From Macrostomum lignano (lineage: Eukaryota): a stretch of DNA of 64,000 nt. Location: assembly GCA_002269645.1 (NCBI GenBank), contig NIVC01000948.1, forward strand, positions 1 through 64,000, given 5' to 3'. Made by a program: the position numbers and the translations under genes. Of this stretch, positions 36,780 through 55,110 are shown piece after piece; position 1 is the first letter of the stretch, and every line of letters begins with the position of its first letter. The notes beneath the pieces were generated by a model that worked only from the letters and a program-made list of their open reading frames with translations, searched no databases and was not told the DNA's origin.

Positions 36780-36844
36780 CTTTGTGTCTTAATGTCTTAG
36801 CGTGTGTCTTAGTGTCTGTTTTGGTCTGTCTTTGTGTCTGTCGA

Positions 36845-36919
<75 letters not shown>

Positions 36920-36920
36920 A
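36780..36920. repeat. (TGTC)n microsatellite with TTAGTG variants
   Basis: Direct reading; reverse complement of GACA/CACTAA type. Confidence 0.9.
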
Positions 36921-37231
36921 TATATGTGTGTGTTATTGTGCATATCCGTCCGTCAGTGCACACCACAGCCATTCCAATTCGCAATCAGACTTTGTGCCAA
37001 CATCTCCCCTCTCCCATTACCAGCGGTGAGCCGCCGCCCTCAGAGCGGAGAAGCTGAGGTCAGCAGGGTTGTGCTTGGCTGGCAGCAAGGCAGCAGCTGG
37101 GTCCCCGGTCCCTTCAGCCCCAGCCTAAATCATGGCGCTCCACGCCGATCGCCCATTGGCCAGAGTCCAGGGCAGCTCTATAATAAAACTGGAGCCAAAG
37201 TTTTAACAGTCTGGCCAGCCGCTCAGCCCAG

Positions 37232-43929
<6,698 letters not shown>

Positions 43930-44454
43930 CTCGGATTTGGAATCATCATCTTGTGTGACTCATCTCGCTTTGGCATATTGCACACTATGAATGAGTCCTA
44001 CTTACCTTTTATGATCGTATTTTTGTCGAGGAAAAGTTCGAAAAGTATTACTGGAGAGTGGCAAGGCTTCTAATACAGTAGCAAAGATTCAGAACCCGGC
44101 TACGGTCTAAAACTAAAAAAGTAGAAGAAAAGTCCTTCTGCTTGAGCGGTCCATGTAACTTTATCTTATTAATTGCAATGAAAAACTGGCAAATTGATCA
44201 TATTTTGCTATTCATAACGAACTGAATTCCGTGCCTACATTGATATTATTGTCGCTAACAAACTGCTTGTCGCTTATTGAAATTGCCGAAACTTGATAAA
44301 TTGCCGCATCAGTTTGAACTGACAGCTTATGGCTTATTTGTACTGCGTTGTCAGGCGCATGGAAGCTTTGAAGATATGAACCTTATAGATTTAAACTTTA
44401 TTATTTCTGTCTTACTTTTTTGGGGGGAGAGAAGAAATCAGGAAGGATTCCATT

Positions 44455-45340
44455 GGCGCTTGAAGACTTCCACAGGTGCTTGAAGGTTTCCACGGGTGTT
44501 AAAAGGTTTCCACGGGTGCTTAAAGGTTTCCATGGATGCTTGAATGTTTCCACGGGTGCTTAAAGGATTCCATGGGCGCTTGAAGGTTTCCACGGGTGCT
44601 TAAAGGTTTCCACGGGTGCTTAAAGGTTTCCATGGGTGCTTGAAGGTTTCCACGGGTGCTTAAAGGTTTCCACGGGTGCTTAAAGGTTTCCACGGGCGCT
44701 TGAAGACTTCCACGGGTGCTTAAAGGTTTCCACGGGTGCTTAAAGGTTTCCACGGGTGCTTAAAGGTTTCCATGGGTGCTTAAAGGTTTCCACGGGCGCT
44801 TGAAGACTTCCACGGGTGCTTAAAGGATTCCATTGGCACTTGAAGGTTTCCACGGGTGCTTAAAGGTTTCCATGGGTGCTTGAAGGTTCCATGGGTGCTT
44901 GAAGGTTTCCACGGGTGCTTAAAGGTTTCCATGGATGATTGAAGGTTTCCATGGATGATTAAAGGTTTCCATGGATCCTTGAAGGTTTCCATCGGTCCTT
45001 GAAGGTTTTCACGGGTGCTTGAAGGTTTCCACGGGTGCTTAAAGGTTTCCACGGGTGCTTGAAGGTTTCCACGGGTGCTTAAAGGTTTCCATGGGTGCTT
45101 GAAGGTTTCCACGGGTGCTTAAAGGATTCCATTGGCACTTGAAGGTTTCCACGGGTGCTTAAAGGTTTCCATGGATGCTTGAAGGTTTCCACGGGTGCTT
45201 AAAGGTTTCCATGGATGCTTGAAGGTTTCCACGGGTGCTTAAAGGTTTCCATGGATGATTGAAGGTTTCCATGGATGCTTGAAGGTTTCCACGGGTGCTT
45301 AAAGGTTTACATGGATTACTGAAGGTTTCTGCGGGTGCTT
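44455..45340. repeat. 20-bp tandem array (AGGTTTCCACGGGTGCTTAA)n
   Basis: Direct reading. Confidence 0.95.
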
Positions 45341-45829
45341 GCTTTTAAGGGTGTAGGATATAAGATTTATGGAGATGTACTGGTGATGGATTGTTTAAGT
45401 TTTGGTAAAGTAAAACAACGCAATCGGCAGATCTGAAGGACGGATGGCAGAGCAGTTAATTTCAGAATTGCCACTGTTCTCAATTCCAACCATTGGAATC
45501 GATAATACTACTCCACTGCGGCTATCCCAGTCTCCTTCATCTCCTCTTCCTGCCAGGCCTCACAGCATCCCCACAGCCCCGCGCCTGTCAATTCTGCTCA
45601 ATTGAGAACCTGCCGATTAAGTCTGACAGCTGTGACCACCTCTAACTCACCATCATTCCATTCTGTCTCTGGATCTATTTTTCTATCTGTCACACCGCTC
45701 GGTCCCTCTAATAGGTTAGCAGTAATTGCCCATGAAACTGGGCAAATCTTTTAGCGATAAACAGAGCTAGTAGGGGAAATGGCGCATGTACTTTTTAAGG
45801 CTGGTAAGGGCAAAATTGCAATTTCTTTG

Positions 45830-46275
45830 ATGGGATGAGACGTGACATATGGGATTGGATGTGGGATATGGGATCGGATATTGGATGGGATGTATGGGAT
45901 GGGATATGGGATATATGTGATGGGATATGGGATGGGATATGGGCTGAGATATGGGATATGGGATTGGATATGCGATGTGTGTATGTGGGTATATGTGATG
46001 GGATGGGATATGTGATTGGATATGGGATGGGATATGGAATGGGATATGGAATGGGATATGGGATGGGATATGGGATGGGATATGGGATGGGAAATGGGCT
46101 GAGATATGGGATATGGGATTGGATATGTGATGGGGTATATTGTCTTTCAATCCATATCCCATGTGAATGGATGGGATATGGAATGGGATATGGAATGGGA
46201 TATGGAATGGGATATGGGATGAAATATGGAATGGGATATGGGATGAAATATGGGATGGGATATGGGATGCGATAT
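45830..46275. repeat. (GGGAT/GGATAT) 5-11 bp degenerate array
   Basis: Direct reading; source of GYGM ORF. Confidence 0.9.
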
Positions 46276-46687
46276 AGAATTCTTAGTTAGAACAGATCCA
46301 GTTACATGTAAGCTGGTGGTGTCGGTGCCAATTCGGCAGCTCGAGCCGCATGTATTTGCCATTGGGTCAGAGACTTCCCCCTTGCAGTTAATTATTATTA
46401 TTTCAGAATCAAAGTTCAGCAGCTGGCGCACCTAAGTCCCTCGAGACTAATTCTAGGACTATTGTAACAAGTTAATGGACAAGCTGAGCAGAGTCAAAGT
46501 AAAAACGACGTCCTCAATGACTGAAAACTGACTTACTTCACCTCACGGCAGGATTTTATGACTTTAAGATCGCATTGGGAGGTGGCCATTGTGCTGTGAT
46601 CCGAAATTGACTCCCAGTAAGCACCCAAGCTGCAGGGTTTATAGAAACACTGGGTTGCCACTGCATTTGCAGACCTATTTTTAACCA

Positions 46688-46719
<32 letters not shown>

Positions 46720-47154
46720 GCTAAACGCTCAAGTTATGATTTATGAGTCTGTCTCCAGACACCATTAATATCAGTGATTTGCACCAGTGCTATTCTATAT
46801 TATATAATGCAGTAATCCAGCACCAAGCACAATAAAAATCCTTAGTTTTACTGCTCATCCCAACTTTGCACCAGCGATGCTTTTATTGTTTATAGTTTGG
46901 ATACCGGCTGGCCGGGTTATACAGGAACTGTGGCCATTGGGCTGGCGATATCAGGAATCAGTGGCGCAATGTTGACATTGCAATCTGGGCAGCAGACAGC
47001 AGTACCAAAATCTCGTATCTGGCCTGTTTAAGTTTAGCCTGATAGTCCTTATCAGAGTCTGCTTTTACAACCCGCCCCGAGCTTTGCATTGAATGGCATT
47101 TTTAAACATTTCCAGCTGCTTTGTGTAGAAGCGAGTTTCTGGATTCGATAACAG

Positions 47155-47592
47155 AACACAAGCCCCATCTGGATTGCATGGCGGTGCCAGCTAGAAGACA
47201 CAAGCCCCATCTGGTCTCCATGATGATGCCAGCTAAAAGACACAAGCCCCATCTGGTCTCCATGATGATGCCAGCTAGAAGACACAAGCCCCATCAAGCC
47301 CCATCTGGTCTCCATGATGATGCCAGCTAGAAGACACAAGTCCCATCTGGTCTCCATGATGATGCCAGCTAGAAGACACAAGCCCCATCTGGTCTCCATG
47401 ATGATGCCAGCTAGAAGACACAAGCCCCATCTGGTCTCCATGATGATGCCAGCTAGAAGACACAAGCCCCATCTGGTCTCCATGATGATGCCAGCTAGAA
47501 GACACAAGCCCCATCTGGTCTCCATGATGATGCCAGCTAGAAGACACAAGCCCCATCTGGTCTCCATGATGATGCCAGCTAGAAGACACAAG
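47155..47592. repeat. 42-bp tandem array, about 10 copies
   Basis: Unit AAGCCCCATCTGGTCTCCATGATGATGCCAGCTAGAAGACAC. Confidence 0.95.
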
Positions 47593-47761
47593 GCTACTCT
47601 GTTCAGAATTAACTAAACAACTCAATCAAAAGTGATTTCAGAGTGAAAGAGGTTGCATGTATAAAGAAATATTCAAGCGGCATTAAATAAAAACTCAAGC
47701 AGATAGCAAACTGGCTGACAAACTCGTAAAAAAACAATCCACCAGCGAGTTGCCAAGCCAG

Positions 47762-49261
47762 TCAGGTGTCAATGTTCACCGTTGGCAGGCTGATCTCTGC
47801 ATCGCTCGGATCGGCAGCCTTTGACGCCGCCAGAATCCGACGAGATTCGGCCTGCAGTTCGGCGATGATTTGAAGTCGCTTTGGCAGCAGCCGCGGCTCT
47901 GCGGATGCCTGCGGCGACTTGGTCGCGAGATCGTCGTCTCGGTGCATCGGAGCGTCGTCCGGATGGGCGTGAGGCCACGGCATCCGCATGGTGTGCAGCA
48001 CGGACAGCAGCTCGGGATCCCAGATCAGATCCGACTGGGCGTACAGCGGCGTCGGACTGACCCGACTCAGCCTGCTGAGGGACTCCAGCGGCACGGTTGA
48101 CTCCACGAGCGTCACTTCGTCCTGGTCCTCGTCCGAGCCGCTGTCCGAGCCAACGATTGTTGGCGGAGTTGCCCAGGCGTTGTCCGACCTCGGCGAGGTG
48201 GAACACACATCAGCGCTGACAACAACGGCAGTTGTTGACAGAGTGGACTCGCTGTGCGGCTCCTGGCGCTTTTGAAGCTCCTGATGAGCAGCAGGAGGCG
48301 GCGACTGGGAATCTTGTGGGGACAGGCGAGGTCGCAGACGAGTTGGCGGATGGCGACCAACTGGCAGAATGCTGCAGTCTGGCTGCCGCTGCCGCACGGC
48401 GGCGGTGCTCGCTACAGGCCGAGGTGGAGCTCGATTGGTTCTCGTCTTAGGAGACTCGGGAGGCGATATGGAGTCTTCCGGACAGGAGGTGGCCGCACTG
48501 ACGGCATCAACTTCGGTGGAGTCTGGAGAGCGTTTCGCTGGAGGATTGCACTCGGACGATAGGAAGGTGTCCTCCGGAGCTGGCAGCAGGGACAGCACGG
48601 CGAACACGGGGTCGAGGCTTTCGCAGCCGATGGCTGTCAAGTCCACCTTCGGGCGCTCTGCCGTGGCCTCGGCCGATCGAGGTTGAGTCAGACTGCTCTT
48701 CGGCACTTTGCCGTCTCTTGGTGTCGCATTTCTTGCGGCTTCGCCAGCTGCCTTATTTTGAATGCTTGCACCCTGATTTTCTGACTGGCTCCCCTTGCTC
48801 AGTGCTGTCCGCTGCTTCTCTGGCTTGCTTTCGAAGTTCCACAGAGTGTCTGACTCTGACGGGCCGCCACGAGGCCGCTGCTGCTTGGCGTTGATCGGAC
48901 AGATAACCGGAGGTGACGACGATATCGACGGAGATGGTCTCGGATACAGCAGCAGCATCGAGCTGTCATCGTCTGAAGCGGCTGGCCGCGAACGCGCCTG
49001 ACTCGTCAAGCAGCTGTCACCATGCACCGCAGCCGCTGCCGCCGCCACCACCGCCGCCTCAGTCGCCAGCTTGCATTCGGAAGGTCGCTGCTGCTGCTGC
49101 TTCTGTTGAGGCAGCGAGCCGCTGAAACTGGACGAAATGAAGTCGGAGTCGGTCTCAGCCGAGGTGCGGCGGCGTCGAGCGCCATCTTCAGTGAGACTCG
49201 ACACGTTGGCCGTCCGCAATGACGAGTCCGTCACCGTAGCTGCCTGGGCCGCTGGCTTCAT
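47762..49261 (-). CDS. 499-aa Ser/Pro/Ala-rich, probably disordered protein, no recognised domain
   Basis: 1.5-kb non-tandem open frame, in-frame stop just upstream of ATG, coding-like GC content. Confidence 0.7.
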   Translation of the reverse strand: MKPAAQAATVTDSSLRTANVSSLTEDGARRRRTSAETDSDFISSSFSGSLPQQKQQQQRPSECKLATEAAVVAAAAAAVHGDSCLTSQARSRPAASDDDSSMLLLYPRPSPSISSSPPVICPINAKQQRPRGGPSESDTLWNFESKPEKQRTALSKGSQSENQGASIQNKAAGEAARNATPRDGKVPKSSLTQPRSAEATAERPKVDLTAIGCESLDPVFAVLSLLPAPEDTFLSSECNPPAKRSPDSTEVDAVSAATSCPEDSISPPESPKTRTNRAPPRPVASTAAVRQRQPDCSILPVGRHPPTRLRPRLSPQDSQSPPPAAHQELQKRQEPHSESTLSTTAVVVSADVCSTSPRSDNAWATPPTIVGSDSGSDEDQDEVTLVESTVPLESLSRLSRVSPTPLYAQSDLIWDPELLSVLHTMRMPWPHAHPDDAPMHRDDDLATKSPQASAEPRLLPKRLQIIAELQAESRRILAASKAADPSDAEISLPTVNIDT

Positions 49262-49734
49262 TGCTCACCATCTGCCCAACGTGCGGTTGTTTTGATCATT
49301 CCATGCGCAGGGGCTTCAGTAGGTGGATCCAAATTCAATGTTCTACGAGATGCATCTGTCTGAGCTCGACTCATGTTTACCATAGACTTAAAGATTTCAG
49401 AAAACCTTAGATTAGCTCTCGTTGGCACTAACATAGCGAGCAGAGCAATCCAGGGTAAAAGAGCATGCTTTGTTTCAGATTGCACTTTAAAAGGCAGACA
49501 GCAGACTACTAAAATGATAATTCAAAGACAAACACCGTCAAAGAAAATTTTGACACAAAAAATAGCAAAAACCAAGAGTCCCCAGCCACTTTATTGTACA
49601 GAAAGCAGCATTCGCCGAATGCGCTCGCATTTTTGGTCTATTGATTGAACTTAATTTCAGATTCACTGTCAACTCGAAACAAATTCTGCTTCTTAGCAAC
49701 TGAACAGAAAAAGGAAAAGCAGCCGGGATCGTTT

Positions 49735-52158
49735 TCAGGCGGCTTCCTGCGCTGTTTCCGCTGCATCATCCTCTTCTTCTTCTTCTTCTTCCGTTGCTTC
49801 TTCAAACTCGACCTCCTGGATGACGGCCTCGGAAAGAGTCGCCGATGCGGCGCTTCGGCTGGCGTCGTCATCTTCCAGGCCGTCGCTGTCGACGTGTCGA
49901 CGCCCCCGGCGACGATGACTTTGCTGGCGTCGCTCATCGCCGTGCAGGCTGCATTCAGCCGACGCAGTCGCTGCCGACGAGTTTGCCGAGTTTTTTAACG
50001 AAGTCGCAGTTGAGCCCTGCTGCTGTCGCCGCTGCCGCTGTTGCTGCTGGCGCAGTTTCTTTCGCTGGTTGAAGGCCGTCTCCAGCAGCTCGAATAGTTC
50101 GAGAGCTTTCTCCGATATTTGCACGTGCATCGGACAGGACGACTCCAGGGAAGCTTGCTGCTTTTGCTGAACACGAGTCTGCTGCACGCTTGGCTCCGTT
50201 GCTGTCTTTGAATTCTTCGCAACTGCGGCAGTCGCTGCTGTTTCTCTCTTCTTGGCAAAGAATTTGCACACAGCAGCCACTGCTTCCGCTTTGATGCGCG
50301 CCAGTCTCTGTCTTTCCTCGCCTCGCTGCTGCTCCTGATCCTGCGACTCTACCGACTGACAGAAAGCGTCTTCCAGCATCTCCGAGGTGACGCTCTCGAC
50401 TGTTGACTGCTGGCTTGTTGGCTCATCGTCCGCGACATCCACTGTCTGGCTGGCTGAATCGGCTGACAGGGTCTCTTCCTCTTCGACTTCCTCTTCGACT
50501 ATTTCCTCGATCACTTCGACCTCCTCCGACGCTTGCTGCGATGGATTCTCTGTGTCGGATGAGGACCCGGCGGCCTGCAGCTGCTCGCTCTGTTCGGCAA
50601 CTGTGCTGCTGGGGTCATCCGTCTCTCTGACTGGCTCTTTGACTTCACCAGGCTGCTGATGCTGTGAACTCCCGGACGGCGGCGAATCCTTGATTGCAAC
50701 CAACGGTGGCGCCAGCTTCTCTCCCAAGCCGTCAACCGGAGCCGCGGCGGCTGTGTTGGCAAAATGCTCAAAGTCCGTGCACTCGCCTTTCGCCTGATGC
50801 GCCGCCAGTCGACGAGCCGCGGCCACCATCGGCTCCGCCGAATCGCTCGATGCCGCATCGAATGTCTCAGTCTCTGATGAGTTGATCAAGGCCACGTGAG
50901 CGTTCGATGTTGTTATCGCAGGTTCCGGAGCCTCGGGCGCTTTGTTGGGGACCTGGGGAAGCTTAGCCTTGGTGGCCTGGCCTTTAGCTTCATTCTTGAC
51001 CGGAACGGCAGACTGGTTTTTAGCCACATTTTTTGCTCCACTTTTAGCCGCTTTTTTGTCCGCATTTTTCACCGTGGGGGCCGCTTTTGCGTTTTGGGCA
51101 TTCTTTCCGCCATTCAAATTCTTTGCTGGCGTCGCCGCTTTCGCTTTGGAATCTTTTGCTGATTTCTTTGCGTCCTTCGCCGCCGCTGCAGACTTCTCAG
51201 GATTGGTGGCTTTTTCTGCACTTTTGGCTCCAGAATCCTGAGTCGGAGCTGCATCCTCCTCGCTGACAGGTTTTGCAGCAGCTTCAGCCTCCTTTAATTC
51301 TTCATCTGTATTGTCAGGCTTGGGATCGGTAGGCTCTGTAGCAGCGTCTTTCGGTGCGCCGGCTGTGTCGTCTTTTTGCTCCGACTCTGACGGTTTCGGC
51401 TCTGCAGCCTCTGCAGCGTCTGCCGGAGCGCTAGGGGCTGCTTTCGCATCGGTGGCCGCCTCCTTCACCGCTTTTGCTTGCTTCTTCCCGTCTTTGTTAC
51501 CAGCAAGTGCTGCAGCACTCTTTTTTGCATTTTTTTGGTTTTTTCCAGCATCTTTTATTGTTTTTTTGCCTTGTAAATTGCTTTTAGAAGGATTCTCTCC
51601 GGCTTTCTTGTCAGACTTGGTTGCTTTGGCGTCCTTTTGAGCTGCTGCTGGCTCCTTGCTGGCTGCGCAGGCCTCTGCATCGGCAGCCTCTTCCACGACC
51701 TTCTTCAGCCCGGCATCAGGAACTGACTGCTCAACAGTGGCAGCCTTGGCGTCTTCAAGTTTGGTGCCAGGCTCTGCCGTTTCCGCAGCGACCGTTGCTA
51801 CGCCCATTCCCTTAGCTGCTGGCGGAGGCTGCGGCAGTGACGCTAAAGCCTCTTTAGCATCATTAGTGTCTGAAGTCTTGACCAAGCTATCCTTGGAGTC
51901 AGCCCCTTTTTGGGGGGGAATTGCAGCAATTTTCTTCGCCGCGGTCGCCTTCACCGGCACCTTCTTGGCGGGCGCCTGTTTCTTCCCGGCGGCCGCATTG
52001 TTGCTGACAGGCACCTCCGACACGAAGCTGCTGTTGTTGCCGTGCGACCCGGGCTCCGGCGACAAGAAGCGCATGCAGGCCGGCACGCCGCTCTCCTCGA
52101 TGACAGTCAGCAGAGGCGACTGGCTGAGGATCTCCGTGTACACCAGCTTTGGTCGCAT
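49735..52158 (-). CDS. 807-aa Ala/Lys/Glu-rich, probably disordered protein
   Basis: 2.4-kb open frame, GCC-ATG context, AATAAA (plus-strand TTTATT 49590-49595) about 140 nt after stop. Confidence 0.78.
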   Translation of the reverse strand: MRPKLVYTEILSQSPLLTVIEESGVPACMRFLSPEPGSHGNNSSFVSEVPVSNNAAAGKKQAPAKKVPVKATAAKKIAAIPPQKGADSKDSLVKTSDTNDAKEALASLPQPPPAAKGMGVATVAAETAEPGTKLEDAKAATVEQSVPDAGLKKVVEEAADAEACAASKEPAAAQKDAKATKSDKKAGENPSKSNLQGKKTIKDAGKNQKNAKKSAAALAGNKDGKKQAKAVKEAATDAKAAPSAPADAAEAAEPKPSESEQKDDTAGAPKDAATEPTDPKPDNTDEELKEAEAAAKPVSEEDAAPTQDSGAKSAEKATNPEKSAAAAKDAKKSAKDSKAKAATPAKNLNGGKNAQNAKAAPTVKNADKKAAKSGAKNVAKNQSAVPVKNEAKGQATKAKLPQVPNKAPEAPEPAITTSNAHVALINSSETETFDAASSDSAEPMVAAARRLAAHQAKGECTDFEHFANTAAAAPVDGLGEKLAPPLVAIKDSPPSGSSQHQQPGEVKEPVRETDDPSSTVAEQSEQLQAAGSSSDTENPSQQASEEVEVIEEIVEEEVEEEETLSADSASQTVDVADDEPTSQQSTVESVTSEMLEDAFCQSVESQDQEQQRGEERQRLARIKAEAVAAVCKFFAKKRETAATAAVAKNSKTATEPSVQQTRVQQKQQASLESSCPMHVQISEKALELFELLETAFNQRKKLRQQQQRQRRQQQGSTATSLKNSANSSAATASAECSLHGDERRQQSHRRRGRRHVDSDGLEDDDASRSAASATLSEAVIQEVEFEEATEEEEEEEDDAAETAQEAA

Positions 52159-52569
52159 GGCCTCTTTTTTAGGTGCGTTGAGCTCTGAGCTCAGATTTTG
52201 CTCTGATTAGTAGGTGATGGGTCCAGCTGAGACAAAATCGAATGCATAAAGAACTTTCAAGGTGTCCCGCAGTTCACTCTTGGCCATAGAGTTCTATGCA
52301 ACTCTGGCGGCAGTAAATGGTTTTCATGAGATCACCATACCTTATTCTCTTCCTGCGCTTCAAATCTAGACTGGACTCTATTTCAAGATATCGTACCACT
52401 GTCGACATGATACGGCCTTTGGAATTTAGATTAATGAAAAAAATAATGAAAAAAAAACAAGCAAGACGGATATTGATTAAATTAAAATGAAACTTTTGAT
52501 AGTTTTTTGTCATCATTGTTTTAGGAAATGATAAAGAGAAATTAGATTAAGATTTCTGATATTTTCAGT

Positions 52570-53274
52570 CTACTTGTCCATCGGCTTGAACAGTTTTATC
52601 GGCTCCTCGTAGACGCCCTCGTCGTCGGAAATTCCTTGCGGCTGCGGCGGCGGAAGCGGCTGCGTCGGCTGATTCGAAGGAGGCGGAGGAGGCGGCGGCG
52701 ACTGCGGAGGCGGAGGAGGCGGCGTCACCGGAGGCGGCGGCTGTGACGGTCTCTGCACTGATGATCTCTGCTGCTGCTGCTTCCCAGACTTTGACTGCTG
52801 AGCTTCGGTCGTAGGTTTGTTCAGGCCGAAAAGCTCGGCTTCCATTTCGGCCACCGAACGGGCGGGAGCTTTCGGCTTGTCAAAAAATTTTTGCGTCGGC
52901 TGCGGCTGCTTTGACTGCTTTTTGCTGGCAGCCGCGGCCGCTTTCTTGCTGGTCGGCAGCGGCAGGTGGTTGTCGGCTTCGAAGCGCAGGATGTCCGCGT
53001 GCAACAGGCGCGATTTCAGCTGCAGATGATGAAGCACCTTCTGGCCAGGCAGCATCTCTGCATTGTGAGTTTTGGAATTTGCATAGGTCTGCGAGTATTC
53101 GTCAGAGGGCAGCGCGGGCAGCGGGCGCTGCGGCGTCGGCGGCTTTTGCTGCTGCTGCGCACTGATGCGGCCAGTCGGTCGGGCCAGATTGACCGGGGAA
53201 TTGTTGTTAGCGGACTTCTTTCCATTGGCGTCGGTGGCCGACTGTGAAGTGGCCGACTGCCTTGTCTTCTGCGT

Positions 53275-53309
<35 letters not shown>

Positions 53310-54579
53310 GTTGCTCTTGCTCTTGCTTCTGCTGCTGTTGCTGTTGTTGTTGTTGTTGTTGCGGTGGCTGCTGCGGCGTCTTCTGCGCCGACTGCTGCTT
53401 ATCAGGGGCTACAAGTGGCACGTTAAACCTGCCACCCTTCTTAGCCGTATCTTTCTTGAGCGCTGAAGTTGGCAGCGACGTCGCTCCTCGTCTGAACGGA
53501 GGCGCGTTCTGATTGGCTGGCTCCCTGCCGCTTGCGCCGCTCGGCTTCTGCTGCTGCAAGGTTGAACTCGGCATGGTCTGCTCCTGCTGCTGCTGCTCCG
53601 GCTGCGGCTCCAGCAGCTGAGCTGGCGCGCTTTCCATGAGCCGGCCGCTCTTCTTGGGCCGCTGCTGGTTGTGCGGGTTGTGCGGCGGCTCCTTACCTGG
53701 CGGTAGAAGATTGGAAGTGGCCAGCATGCGAAACGGGGTCGCATTGTAGCTGGTTGGAGTCTGACTGCCGGTGGCAACGGAGCTGCTGCCGCTGCTGCCA
53801 ATCACTCTCGGAGGAGACTCCATCGTGTTTGAGTTGTCCTCCTTTTGTTTTTTTAACTTTTTGTTTTCCTGACGCTGAGTGGAAGTTTCTGCACTGTTTG
53901 GCTTGTCTCTTGGTGGCTGCTGCGTGTTGTTTGCAGAGTCCAGCTGCTTCATTTTGCCGGGATCGGGAACAGCAGGAGCAGCAGTTTCGCCAGAATCCCG
54001 ATTGTCAGTTGTAGTTTTTCTGCTGCTTCTGCTCTCCTGACGCTGGGTCGAAGTCCCCGCACTCTTTGCTGACGGGGCATTGGTGTCAGGGTCGGACTTG
54101 CCTGTCCGCTGCTGGGTGTTGTTTGCAGAGCTCGGTCTGTTAGGGTCGGACTTGCCTGTCCGCTGCTGGGTGTTGTTTGCGGAGCTCGGTCTGTCAGGGT
54201 CGGACTTGCCTGTCCGCTGCTGGGTGTTGTTTGCAGAGCTCGGTCTGTTAGGGTCGGACTTGCCTGTCCGCTGCTGGGTGTTGTTTGCGGAGCTCGGTCT
54301 GTCAGGGTCGGACTTGCCTGTCCGCTGCTGGGTGTTGTTTGCGGAGCTCGGTCTGTCAGGGTCGGACTTGCCTGTCCGCTGCTGGGTGTTGTTTGCGGAG
54401 CTCGGCTGTCGGCCATGGTGACCGGGCTTGGGCACCGCAGCCACTACTGTCTGGACAGAATCCGTTCTGCTGCTGCTTTGCACAGCATTTTCGCCTCCGT
54501 TTGTTATTCTCATCATGGATGCTTCGGTGCTCTCCAGTTTCGAGCTCTCATTGCCGTTGTTGGCAGGTTTTGGTGACAT
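52570..54579 (-). CDS. About 670-aa Gln/Pro/Ser-rich protein with 18-aa repeats (RPSSANNTQQRTGKSDPD)
   Basis: 2-kb open frame (ORF 52570..54600; first ATG at 54579); in-frame 54-bp repeats, polyQ, poly-Pro. Confidence 0.75.
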
Positions 54580-54811
54580 TGCTGCTTGCTTTTTGGTCAA
54601 AGTCTGTTTGTTTTAGAATTTCAGACAGCTATGCCTGCCTGTCTGTCTGCCAGCCGCACAAGTGAAAATCGCTCCCTGCATGCTGCTTGGCCCCCTGCCA
54701 ACCAAGTCTGCAAATTCTGAACGCGACGATTTTCACAGTCTATGGCTTTCGCTTTGCACTTTTAAAATCGTTCGAGGCAGAATCTTGTCTAGTCGAAAAG
54801 CAACGCAGGAA

Positions 54812-54817
54812 TTTATT
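54812..54817 (-). promoter_or_regulatory. Candidate polyadenylation signal of the ferlin gene
   Basis: AATAAA on minus strand about 300 nt after stop 55111. Confidence 0.5.
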
Positions 54818-55110
54818 TAAAAAAGTACATCATGATATACGAGACGCTCGAATAGATTTAAAAATGACGTAAAACATGCACCAAGGTTGAGTAATCTGAT
54901 GAGGTACGTCAAATTACAGCGACTGATCGTCAAGAGTTCACTTAGAAAAATAATTTTGGGACTTCATTTCTGGAGGTCACTGACAACAGTTTAAGTACTG
55001 AGTAAGTAGTGTTAAAGGACGTACTTCGAACCTGAAAAATTCAAGATCAACAATCATCATGATTTTGGGCGTTCTGGGGGGTCGTTGACAGTTCAAACAG
55101 TTGGGCAGCG

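Noticed and set aside
46300-46431. Isolated minus-strand exon candidate (VRQLLNFDSEIII...)
   Set aside because: No recognisable motif and no phase-consistent partner exon
49258-49485. 75-aa ORF with a signal-peptide-like start and GTGAG donor
   Set aside because: No phase-compatible downstream exon found; lies in the AT-rich spacer between two long ORFs
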